Notes: generated from the letters alone by a model not told the origin. A stretch of DNA of 43,600 nt from Candidatus Peribacteria bacterium RIFCSPHIGHO2_02_FULL_53_20 (GCA_001787585.1 MFXW01000005.1:1-43600); one strand, 5' to 3'; positions 26,580-34,489 are shown, counted from the stretch's first letter. Program-made: numbers and translations.

Positions 26580-26654
26580 TGGAGGTGCCGGTGGGAATCG
26601 CACCCACGCATGGGGGTTTTGCAGACCCCTGCCTTACTACTTGGCTACGGCACC
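26580..26654 (-). tRNA. tRNA-Cys(GCA): tRNA-Cys, anticodon GCA, encoded CCA, non-canonical elbow
   Basis: Reverse complement GGTGCCGTAGCCAAGTAGTAAGGCAGGGGTCTGCAAAACCCCCATGCGTGGGTGCGATTCCCACCGGCACCTCCA. Perfect acceptor, anticodon and T stems, U73 discriminator, and an A13.A22 mismatch (as I recall for E. coli tRNA-Cys). The T-loop reads TGCGATT (G at position 55) and the D-loop lacks GG. Confidence 0.75.
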
Positions 26655-26733
26655 AGAAAACGAGAAGTGAGGAACGAGCAGTGAGCAATACGATACAAGA
26701 AACAATCTTTTCTCACTACTCCCTGCTCTCTGC

Positions 26734-27300
26734 TCACTCTTCTTTGACCGGTTCCTCCAGCGTAAACCCTTCCAAGATCGCCAGCACTTGCTGCTCCAGT
26801 GCATCCTCAATCGCCACAGGAGTCGTCGCGGTCATCGTGTATCCCTTCTGACCCTTGGGAAGACTGACCTGGTAATACTTCCGTCGCGGTTCTCCGTCAT
26901 CCGGCTGCGCGGTGAAGATGTGTACGGATACTTTTGCTTCATCGATCCGGATATCGCGGGCATCGACCTGTTCGTACCCGGGCAATACCGAGACCGACCG
27001 GATGCTCGCGGAACTGTAGTCCTCCGCGCTCACTTCCTGGTTCAGCGCTTCGCGGGTAACGGCAACCGTCGGAAACTGCCCCGAGACTGCTTGCTCCGCC
27101 TGAAACGCGACAAGAGTTTCGGGGGGGACTCCGCGCTGCAGCAGCGTCTCGCTATCCACGACAATCCATCCATCGGGAAGACAGGTACCTACCTCGCCAT
27201 CCCAGTAATCCTCCACGCACGTACTTGCTACACTTCCTCCTCCCGAACATGCCGTGAGGAAGAGAGAACCCGCAGTGAGAAAAAGGACACTCTTGCGCAT
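26734..27300 (-). CDS. Lipoprotein, unknown function
   Basis: MRKSVLFLTAGSLFLTAC|SGGG gives a signal peptide plus lipobox (LTAC). Alternative ATG at 27312. Confidence 0.65.
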   Translation of the reverse strand: MRKSVLFLTAGSLFLTACSGGGSVASTCVEDYWDGEVGTCLPDGWIVVDSETLLQRGVPPETLVAFQAEQAVSGQFPTVAVTREALNQEVSAEDYSSASIRSVSVLPGYEQVDARDIRIDEAKVSVHIFTAQPDDGEPRRKYYQVSLPKGQKGYTMTATTPVAIEDALEQQVLAILEGFTLEEPVKEE

Positions 27301-27393
27301 GGCGCAGATCATACGCTGCAGAGGTTAGGCGCAGCATCCTGAGTTGTCTGGAGCGATCTTCCATCTCCAATACTCGAATAGCAGAGCCCTAGT

Positions 27394-27426
27394 GCAGCTA
27401 ATGCAGCTTTTGCAGCTCCTGCAGCT
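27394..27426. repeat. Four GCAGCT motifs at an exact 9-bp period
   Basis: GCAGCT starts at 27394, 27403, 27412 and 27421 (gtGCAGCTaatGCAGCTtttGCAGCTcctGCAGCTc). Lies in the divergent region between the lipoprotein and surface-protein genes. Confidence 0.9.
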
Positions 27427-27531
27427 CAAGGAATGATCTTGCGATCCATAATGACAACTGAGGCCTTTTATTGCTCTATACATCTCCACGGATTGAAGAA
27501 AACACGCGTTATTGGTAGAATGATTGGATGT

Positions 27532-30051
27532 ATGCATAAACACCTCTTCTCACTAACAGCTCTCTTCCTGATCCCCCAGATCGCCCTCTCAGCGGGTGTT
27601 TTAGACATCGCCGATACGATTGCCGGTCTCGGGACAACGGTGACTGTGCGCAGCGCAGAACCGAATACAGCCGTGGATATCACGGTGGAGCCTCCCTACG
27701 GACCGGAGATCACCCGAAAGACAATCACGGATACCGCGGGAGGCGCTAGCGTTCGCATCGACGGAGCGGATACGGAAGTTGCAGGCACATACGCCGTAAC
27801 CGTAGACGCGGGAAGCGCTGCTACAAACATGCAGGGAAGTTTTGACGTGAACCCCGATTCCATCGACAGCATGGGAAGCACCCTCGAGACGAGCGACGTT
27901 TCACTGCAAGCCGATGGAACGGATGAGATCACGGTACGCGCGGTGATCCGGGACACGTACGGCAATCCTGTCCCGAACCGCAGGATCGAATTGATTAGCA
28001 ATCGCCCAAGTGACACTGTCGGCATCCTCACGGGAGAAACAGATACCAAAGGCGAGCAGCTCTTTACCGTGCGCACCACAGAACCGGGTGTCATTGATCT
28101 CCGCGCGATGGATCTCCTGAGTGGAAAACTCCTGGGATCCTCCGTGCAGCTCAGTGCAGAATTCGGGTACGCAGTCGGGGGCAATGCCTTCACTGCCGGC
28201 GGACGTGCCTTCGCGGCCTCAGCCTACAATCCTTCCGCGGCGTACGGATACAACACCTATGCCCCAAGCACGCTTTCGGGGCGCCAGTTCTTCGGACAAC
28301 TCGGCTCTACATTCGACGTCGTCCATCATTTTGAAATCATTCTCGACAGGGGCGTGAAGGAGGTCAAAGTCTACGATCCGCTCTCGCTCGAGATCCATGC
28401 AGTCGACCGTAACGGCAGCGTCGTCGAGGACTACACCGGAACCGTACAGATGTACACGACCGATCCCGAGGCGTTGCTTCCGAGCGAAGTACGCTTCACC
28501 CCGGGCGACTTCGGCATCAAGCGACTGAGTCTTTCCCTCCGGTTCCAGACGCCCGGCGAACCCAATGCTATCGGCGAACCCACGCACGTCATCCGCGTGG
28601 AAGAAGTGGGCACATGCGCATCACCCGCCGCTGCAGGATGTGTCTTCGGAGAACTGGAAGCCATCGTCGGCGGAGGTGATACTACTGAAGACCCCGGACG
28701 CCAGATCACGGTGACAACGCCCGCGCAAGACAGCACCGTCGGCGGCGAGAACATCACCATGGAAGGAAGGGGTCCTCCATTTGTAAACGTGGAGATCACC
28801 GGTGGTATAGAGGATGTCTTTGGAGAAACCGATAGCGACGGAAAATTCGCGATCGCGGTGACTCTGGACAAGAGACAAACTGATCACACGCTGCGCATCC
28901 GCGATGCCTCCGGACGCTTCGACTCGGGAAACATCCGCATTCGTCTGGATGCAGAGGGTCCGGAGATCGGCGAAGTGCGTTTTGATCCGGCTGTTCCGGA
29001 AGAGGAAAACCCCGTGACGGTGGTTGTGCAATCCGAACCGGGTCTTGCTGCGGTGACCATCGTCATCGGTGAAATCGAAACGGAACTTTCTGCAAGCAAA
29101 TCTGCTTCTGGCACCTACGCAGGCATCATGACGGCGCCAGCCGCGGGAACAGTCATGGCGGTGGTACAGGGGATCGATAACGCCGGCAACACCGGCGAAG
29201 CGCGCGTGCAGCTCACCATCGAGCCCAAGGCGCTGCCCACAGTGACAGGCGTACGGGCGGCACCGAAGATCGAACAGGTGGATCTCACATGGACACCGTT
29301 GGAAGAGTCCGTGGACGGCTACCGCATCTACGTGGGAACGGAGTCGAAAAACTACAGCAGCTACCTCGACAGCCCCGATCCCCGCGGCGGAGCAACGATC
29401 GGCGGACTGAAGCCCGGCAGCACCTACTACTTCGCGGTGACAGGCCTGAAGGGAGACCGTGAAAGCAGAGACAAGAGCATCGAGATCTCGACAACCGTCC
29501 TCGGCCTCACGCTCGATGTCACGCCGCAAGACGGCGGACTGCTGCTGGAATGGTCCTCGCTCGATACCGATATTCCCCTCTCCTCCTTTAAAATCAAATA
29601 CGGCGTGGAGAAGGGAAACCTCACAGAGGAACGCATCCTGAACGGCGACCTTCGCGCATATGCACTCCGCGATCTCCTCAATGACGTCACGTATTTTCTG
29701 GAGCTGATACCCATAACGACGACCGGCGATTTTCTCGAAGATCTCGCTACGGAAGGAACTGGAACACCTTCGACAACAGGTCGTGGCTTCAAGCCGACTC
29801 CGGTAGACCCCGTCCCCTTCCCGACAACGGTCGGACGTCCAGGATCTACGGGTGGCAGCCGCTCGATCCCTTCTTCTGGAACAGTGCATAGCGGCGCGCC
29901 TTCGACTCCCGGCGTAGGTCTTCCACCGATCGCCTGGTGGATCGCCGGATCGCTCGCGGCTGTTGCCTTCTTTGTCCACTGGCAGCGCAGAAAGACGATG
30001 CAGATGACATTACAATTCCTGCAAAGCATGGAGACACGCTATAGGGAATAG
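27532..30051 (+). CDS. Large secreted surface protein with Big_1-like Ig and fibronectin-III-like domains and a C-terminal TM anchor
   Basis: Signal peptide MHKHLFSLTALFLIPQIALSAG. Big-like segment VSLQADGTDEITVRAVIRDTYGNPVPNRRIEL. FN3-like segment DLTWTPLEESVDGYRIYVG...LKPGSTYYFAVTGL. C-terminal anchor IAWWIAGSLAAVAFFVHWQRRK. ATG at 27532 chosen over 27433. Confidence 0.8.
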   Translation: MHKHLFSLTALFLIPQIALSAGVLDIADTIAGLGTTVTVRSAEPNTAVDITVEPPYGPEITRKTITDTAGGASVRIDGADTEVAGTYAVTVDAGSAATNMQGSFDVNPDSIDSMGSTLETSDVSLQADGTDEITVRAVIRDTYGNPVPNRRIELISNRPSDTVGILTGETDTKGEQLFTVRTTEPGVIDLRAMDLLSGKLLGSSVQLSAEFGYAVGGNAFTAGGRAFAASAYNPSAAYGYNTYAPSTLSGRQFFGQLGSTFDVVHHFEIILDRGVKEVKVYDPLSLEIHAVDRNGSVVEDYTGTVQMYTTDPEALLPSEVRFTPGDFGIKRLSLSLRFQTPGEPNAIGEPTHVIRVEEVGTCASPAAAGCVFGELEAIVGGGDTTEDPGRQITVTTPAQDSTVGGENITMEGRGPPFVNVEITGGIEDVFGETDSDGKFAIAVTLDKRQTDHTLRIRDASGRFDSGNIRIRLDAEGPEIGEVRFDPAVPEEENPVTVVVQSEPGLAAVTIVIGEIETELSASKSASGTYAGIMTAPAAGTVMAVVQGIDNAGNTGEARVQLTIEPKALPTVTGVRAAPKIEQVDLTWTPLEESVDGYRIYVGTESKNYSSYLDSPDPRGGATIGGLKPGSTYYFAVTGLKGDRESRDKSIEISTTVLGLTLDVTPQDGGLLLEWSSLDTDIPLSSFKIKYGVEKGNLTEERILNGDLRAYALRDLLNDVTYFLELIPITTTGDFLEDLATEGTGTPSTTGRGFKPTPVDPVPFPTTVGRPGSTGGSRSIPSSGTVHSGAPSTPGVGLPPIAWWIAGSLAAVAFFVHWQRRKTMQMTLQFLQSMETRYRE

Positions 30052-30067
30052 AATGTGATATCATTTT

Positions 30068-30133
30068 TTCGTTTGTTCGTTTGTTCGAAAACATCTGCCA
30101 AACTGACGAACAAACGAAGAAACGAACAAACGA
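30068..30133. repeat. Hairpin built from tandem 8-mers (TTTGTTCG x2 facing CGAACAAA-type x3)
   Basis: TTCGTTTGTTCGTTTGTTCG (30068-30087) is complementary to CGAACAAACGAAGAAACGAACAAACGA (30107-30133). Sits between the surface-protein stop and the pfkB-family start; probable terminator or structured spacer. Confidence 0.8.
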
Positions 30134-30141
30134 TCCATTGC

Positions 30142-31155
30142 ATGTCACCTAACCCTACAACCAAAGGCCAAAAAATATTCCGTACGATGTCCATTGGTGG
30201 TGCCACCTACGACCTCTTTGTCCGCATCCCTCATGAAAAAATCCATGGTGACGAGAAGTCGCCGTTCTTCACGCTGCCGCTTGGGGAAAAGATCCGCGTG
30301 ACCGACGTGATCGAAACCTGCGGCGGCGGCGCGAGCAATACCTCCGTAGGTCTTGCGCGGCTCGGATGCTCTGCCTCGATCTCTTCGGTCATCGGAGCGG
30401 ACCAATGGGGGGACAAACTGCTGCAGAATTTCCGGAATGAAGACGTGGATGTCCAAAGCCTCACCATTGTCGAGAATGAAATGACGAGTTTTTCGATCAT
30501 CCTGAGCGGCAGCGGCGGCGAGCGGGTGATCCTGTATGAACCGGGAACGAATGAGCATCTGCATGACGCACTCTTTGACCGCGCGGCAGCGGCGGATGTC
30601 GACTGGATCATCCTCAATCACATTCAGGAACAGGCGTGCATCATCGAAGACGACCTCATCGATATTCTCGCGAAGAAGAATGTTCGTCTCACGTGGAATC
30701 CCGGCGGCTGCCAGATTGACGAAGGAATTCGTGCAAAAAATAACCGGCTGCTGCTCTCCCACACGACAGTCCTCATGCTTAATAAGGAGGAAGCCCTGAA
30801 ATTTACCGGAGAAACGGAGATCATTCCTGCGATACACGCCTTGCGCTCCTGCAACGTGCGCTACATCTGCGTGACCGATGGAAGCCGCGGAACTGTCGCA
30901 ACCGACGGAGAAAAGCTCTATCGGTGCCCCGTCGATCCCGACGCCAAAGTGATCGACACCACGGGTGCCGGAGACGCTTTTACAACAGGCGTCACCTGGG
31001 CCCTGCTCAATGGCATGAACTTGCCCGAAGCGCTGAGAGCAGGTACAATCAATGGCAGCAGTGTCGTTGGAGCGATCGGCGCCGAGGCAGGACTGCTCAC
31101 AGACACCGAGATGCGTACAAGAATGAAATCGACAACCCTCTCTGTGTCATCGTAA
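30142..31155 (+). CDS. PfkB/ribokinase-family carbohydrate or nucleoside kinase
   Basis: GGGASNTSVGLARLG near the N-terminus and DTTGAGDAFTTG near the C-terminus (PfkB signatures). ATG 30142; the track start at 30055 is GTG. Confidence 0.85.
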   Translation: MSPNPTTKGQKIFRTMSIGGATYDLFVRIPHEKIHGDEKSPFFTLPLGEKIRVTDVIETCGGGASNTSVGLARLGCSASISSVIGADQWGDKLLQNFRNEDVDVQSLTIVENEMTSFSIILSGSGGERVILYEPGTNEHLHDALFDRAAAADVDWIILNHIQEQACIIEDDLIDILAKKNVRLTWNPGGCQIDEGIRAKNNRLLLSHTTVLMLNKEEALKFTGETEIIPAIHALRSCNVRYICVTDGSRGTVATDGEKLYRCPVDPDAKVIDTTGAGDAFTTGVTWALLNGMNLPEALRAGTINGSSVVGAIGAEAGLLTDTEMRTRMKSTTLSVSS

Positions 31156-31196
31156 AGACGTGCGGCCGCACGTCTCTACGCACACCACCCACACTC

Positions 31197-31232
31197 CGCA
31201 ACCCTCGCAAACTTCGCAACCTCCGCAACCCC
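31197..31232. repeat. Four CGCAA(C) motifs at an exact 9-bp period immediately upstream of a start codon
   Basis: CGCAA starts at 31197, 31206, 31215 and 31224 (cCGCAACccTCGCAAActTCGCAACctCCGCAACcc). The ATG is at 31236. Confidence 0.9.
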
Positions 31233-31235
31233 TCT

Positions 31236-31850
31236 ATGTCCGACGACGTCATTCTCCAGGTTCAGGAACTCATCGAAAGCGCTAATGCTTCTCTGAAGAC
31301 CGCGCACGCGCTGCTTCGGCAGGTGACAGGCGTTACCGATACGGATCGCGAGAGAATTGTTTCGCGCGCAAGCTCCATGAGCGGATCGACCTCTCCGGTT
31401 TCCGGCAAAGTCGTCGAGGGCATTTTCGACGGACAGAACATGGTGGACGCCTCGGGTCAGACCTATCCGGTGCCGGCAAACTATGCAAGCAAGAGCAAGC
31501 TCGTCGAAGGCGACGGAATGAAACTCACGATTACCGACGAAGGCAAATTCATCTACAAACAGATCGCTCCCGTAAAGCGCCGCACGGCTGTAGGGGTCCT
31601 CATTCAGGAAGACGGACAGTACAAAATCCTCGCCGAGGGAAAGGCCTACCGGCTGCTCCTCGCATCGGTGACCTTCTACCGTGCCGAAGTCGGCGACCAA
31701 GTAACCATCCTCCTCCCCGAAGACATGGAGGCGAAATGGGGTGCTGTCGAAAATGTCCTTCCCAAGCATATTGCTCAAGCTGCCGCCCGCGCAGATGTGG
31801 CTGCGGAGAGTACGGAGGACGGGGAGTTGAGTCCGAGGGTGGAAAAATAA
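31236..31850 (+). CDS. Hypothetical protein (204 aa)
   Basis: From the internal ATG: MSDDVILQVQELIESANASLKTAHALL... has protein-like composition. The track ORF's upstream part (30924-31235) is Arg-rich nonsense overlapping the kinase gene. Confidence 0.55.
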   Translation: MSDDVILQVQELIESANASLKTAHALLRQVTGVTDTDRERIVSRASSMSGSTSPVSGKVVEGIFDGQNMVDASGQTYPVPANYASKSKLVEGDGMKLTITDEGKFIYKQIAPVKRRTAVGVLIQEDGQYKILAEGKAYRLLLASVTFYRAEVGDQVTILLPEDMEAKWGAVENVLPKHIAQAAARADVAAESTEDGELSPRVEK

Positions 31851-31965
31851 AAGGATTCAGAAGAGTCAGAAGATGCAGAGGATGCAAAAGAATATACTCC
31901 TCTGAATCCTTTGCATCTTCTGCATCCTCTGAATCTTTCTGATCGAGCTCAGAGCATGCTACCCT

Positions 31966-33282
31966 TTGCCGGTGAAAATCCCCCCCCGCATCGCCCTCCC
32001 CATCGCTTTCGCCATTGCCTGCGCTGCCGGAGTCTTGCTTCTTGTCTGGTGGCAGCTACGGGAATCTGCACAGATCCTCAGAGCACCTGCAAGCGGCAGC
32101 GGTATGACGCTCTCCGATCTTGCGCCGAGTTTCGTGCCAACTGCCGCGGTGGATCCCCGCGATCGCGCACTCCTGCATCTCAGGCAAGGCGATCTCTTTG
32201 CGCTCAAGGGCGATTGGGCGGGAGCGGAAAAGGAATACCGGGCATCCGTCGATAACGATGGCGGACTTCCGGCGCTCCGCAAGCTTGCTCAGGCGCAATT
32301 GCAACGACGCGACATCGAAGGAGTACAGAGGACGCTGAAAGCCCTCCGCGCAGCCGGAGCCCGCAGCGAAGATCTGCTCCTGCTCGAAAGCATCGTCGCG
32401 CTGCGCATCGGGGAACTGGTGCAAGCGCGTGACATTCTCATGAATGCCAGTGACTCTCCGCAGAAGCATTACGGTATTGCATTGCTTTCGATCGTCGAAG
32501 GCAATCATCCCCAGGCGCAGCAAGAACTGCAGACGGTAGCGGCGGGATGGGAACCGATCCTGCGATCGTATGCGCGGAGTCTGCAGGCGGCATACGACGA
32601 ATTCGCACTCTTCCCCGAGAGTACGGAGATTCACTTAACCACACTACTTTCGCGCGCACTTGCCCAGGTCCACGAATGCGAACTGGCTCTGCCTCTTCTC
32701 ATCGCCGTCATCCAGACTCAGGGCGATTATCGCGATGCGTGGATTGTGCAAGGCTACTGCGAACTCACCACCGAACGTACCGATGCCGCAGTCGCATCAC
32801 TCGAAAACGCCTACAATCTCGATCCGAGCAAACCCGAGATCCAGTACTTCCTCGCCCGCGCCTACAGCGCACGTGGGGAACGGGAGAACGCAATCACGTT
32901 CCTCGAGTACAGCCTGCAAAACGGTTTCGAACCGCAGGCGGAGATCCACCGGGCAATTGCCGTAGAGGCAAATCTCTCCGGAAAAACCATGCTCGCGCTC
33001 GAGCACTTTGCCACCCTCCTCACTGCGCCTGATGCGCCCATTGAGGATTATAACGGCTACGTAAAAACCGCGATCGCTGCCGGTCAAAAGGATGATGCGT
33101 ACGCCAAAGCACAGGAAGCCGTGACCAAGTTCCCGGATGAAGCACTCGCGTTTGAATTGCACGGTCTCGCAGCGATGGAGTTAGAGAAGAATGAAGAAGC
33201 ACGAATCAGTTTTGAGAAAGCATTGGAAATGGATCCGTATAGAGAGGGGGTGAAGGAGAGGTTGAAGGTGATGGGGAATTGA
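31966..33282 (+). CDS. Membrane-anchored TPR-repeat protein
   Basis: N-terminal TM IALPIAFAIACAAGVLLLVWW, then repeated TPR-like helices (e.g. AYNLDPSKPEIQYFLARAYSARGERENAITFLEYSL). The start is TTG (31966) and therefore uncertain. Confidence 0.72.
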   Translation: MPVKIPPRIALPIAFAIACAAGVLLLVWWQLRESAQILRAPASGSGMTLSDLAPSFVPTAAVDPRDRALLHLRQGDLFALKGDWAGAEKEYRASVDNDGGLPALRKLAQAQLQRRDIEGVQRTLKALRAAGARSEDLLLLESIVALRIGELVQARDILMNASDSPQKHYGIALLSIVEGNHPQAQQELQTVAAGWEPILRSYARSLQAAYDEFALFPESTEIHLTTLLSRALAQVHECELALPLLIAVIQTQGDYRDAWIVQGYCELTTERTDAAVASLENAYNLDPSKPEIQYFLARAYSARGERENAITFLEYSLQNGFEPQAEIHRAIAVEANLSGKTMLALEHFATLLTAPDAPIEDYNGYVKTAIAAGQKDDAYAKAQEAVTKFPDEALAFELHGLAAMELEKNEEARISFEKALEMDPYREGVKERLKVMGN

Positions 33283-33376
33283 AAAGAAACCGCACTAGGG
33301 GAGGATGCTCTGGAGGTGGAATTTTCACGCTAATGTAATTGACAGTTATACTGCAATATATGATTAGATATTTATC

Positions 33377-33655
33377 ATGAATCCTCCTGAATTTCCTGAG
33401 ATTGAAGATCCAGAAAGTGAAGCCTTGGAACAATTTGAAAAAAAGTTTCCTGATTTTAAAGAAAGACTGTTTAGCAAAATCGATGAAATGCATTACGCAG
33501 ACTGTTGGTTTGAAGAAGGAGTATGGATTGCGAAATCATCACAAAATCTTGATGCGAAAGGACGACCAGCCCGTGTACAAATGTACGATCTTCTTGAGCC
33601 TACTCTCATTAGAATTAGCAAACTGGAAGGTGAAGCAATTATCGATGTTGGATAG
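33377..33655 (+). CDS. Hypothetical small protein (92 aa)
   Basis: ATG ORF in an A+T-rich patch. Acidic N-terminus, no motif recognised. Confidence 0.35.
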   Translation: MNPPEFPEIEDPESEALEQFEKKFPDFKERLFSKIDEMHYADCWFEEGVWIAKSSQNLDAKGRPARVQMYDLLEPTLIRISKLEGEAIIDVG

Positions 33656-33706
33656 AACAAAAACGTTCTCAAAGCACTCACTATTCCATACGCGTGCAAC
33701 GTCTTC

Positions 33707-33727
33707 CCCTCTCCCATTGGGAGAGGG
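33707..33727. repeat. CCCTCTCCC-ATT-GGGAGAGGG hairpin at the 3' flank of the DUF559 gene
   Basis: 9-bp perfect stem read directly, followed by a second GGGAGAGGGGG run. Confidence 0.9.
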
Positions 33728-33741
33728 ACAGGGAGAGGGGG

Positions 33742-34119
33742 TCAAACATTTGCTAACCCCAGTTCACGCTCAATCTTTTCTATGATAGCATCGAGATCAC
33801 AAACCAATTCCGAATTCAGAACGCGAAGCACCTCGAACCCTTGTCTCCGTAAATATCCCTCTCGTTTTCTGTCTCTTGCAGATGCTCCCGGTTCAAAGTG
33901 CGCATCACCATCAACTTCGATGATCAGCATATGTCCAACGCATAAAAAATCTACAATGAACGGTCCGATCGGAACTTGCCTGCGAAACTTCAATCCATGG
34001 AATCGGTGTGCGCGCAGACGACTCCAAAGTTTTATTTCTCCGGGTGTCATGTCCGTACGGAGCTTCTTCGCGAAATCTGTTTTAGGCTCATGCGTGGTGA
34101 AAACGGAATTGCGGAGCAT
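33742..34119 (-). CDS. DUF559 (Vsr-like endonuclease fold) protein
   Basis: FAKKLRTDMTPGEIKLWSRLRAHRFHGLKFRRQVPIGPFIVDFLCVGHMLIIEVDGDAHF...RDRKREGYLRRQGFEVLRVLNSEL is the canonical DUF559 pattern. ATG at 34119; the track start is GTG. Confidence 0.85.
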   Translation of the reverse strand: MLRNSVFTTHEPKTDFAKKLRTDMTPGEIKLWSRLRAHRFHGLKFRRQVPIGPFIVDFLCVGHMLIIEVDGDAHFEPGASARDRKREGYLRRQGFEVLRVLNSELVCDLDAIIEKIERELGLANV

Positions 34120-34156
34120 AGCGGGGGATGATAGCACACAGACCCCCTCCCCCTAA

Positions 34157-34177
34157 CCCCCTCCCGTCGGGAGGGGG
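34157..34177. repeat. CCCCCTCCC-GTC-GGGAGGGGG hairpin at the 5' flank of DUF559, followed by a degenerate second copy (~34225-34246)
   Basis: 9-bp perfect stem. Both copies are followed by AAAGACGC. CTTGTGCA (34201-34208) and TGCACAAG (34255-34262) bracket the second copy. Confidence 0.85.
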
Positions 34178-34358
34178 AAAGACGCGACACGCATAGGACG
34201 CTTGTGCATGATCCCCTAAAAAATCTCCTCTCCAGCCGGGAGGAGGAAAGACGCTGCACAAGTATGATATCTGTAAAAGTTTTCTGTAAAAATTTCCCCA
34301 TCTCCAATATTATTCAGAAATTTTTCGATCGCACAAAAAAAACATCCCATAAAATAAT

Positions 34359-34444
34359 CGCGAAGCCTGGCTTTGCCAGGCTGGAGCGCACAACTTAGGG
34401 AAAGGAGAGTCCGTGAGAGGAAAACCGTAGGTTTTCCTTTCACG
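34359..34444 (+). repeat. ~86-nt two-hairpin intergenic repeat, copy A
   Basis: CGCGAAGCCTGGCTTTGCCAGGCTGGAGCGC-acaa-CTTAGGGAAAGGAGAGTCCGTGAGAGGAAAACCGTAGGTTTTCCTTTCACG. A near-identical inverted copy lies at 39383-39469. Confidence 0.9.
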
Positions 34445-34450
34445 AAAAAA

Positions 34451-34478
34451 CAAAAAGACCAGCGAACTGGCCTTTTTG
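34451..34478 (-). terminator. Rho-independent terminator, better formed on the minus strand
   Basis: Minus strand: AAAAAGGCCAG-TTCG-CTGGTCTTTTTGTTTTTT. The stem has a G.U on the minus-strand RNA where the plus-strand RNA would have an A.C mismatch. A long U-run follows on the minus strand. Confidence 0.55.
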
Positions 34479-34489
34479 TGTTTGTTTGG

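Noticed and set aside
28621-29979. 452-aa minus-strand ORF (and others at 27696-28193, 29427-30029) antisense to the surface-protein gene
   Set aside because: Arg/Cys/Ser-rich low-complexity translation. The plus frame shows Ig/FN3-like repeats with a signal peptide and an anchor.
30924-31235. N-terminal 104 codons of track ORF 30924-31850
   Set aside because: An Arg-rich, out-of-frame overlap with the PfkB kinase gene. The gene is taken to start at ATG 31236.
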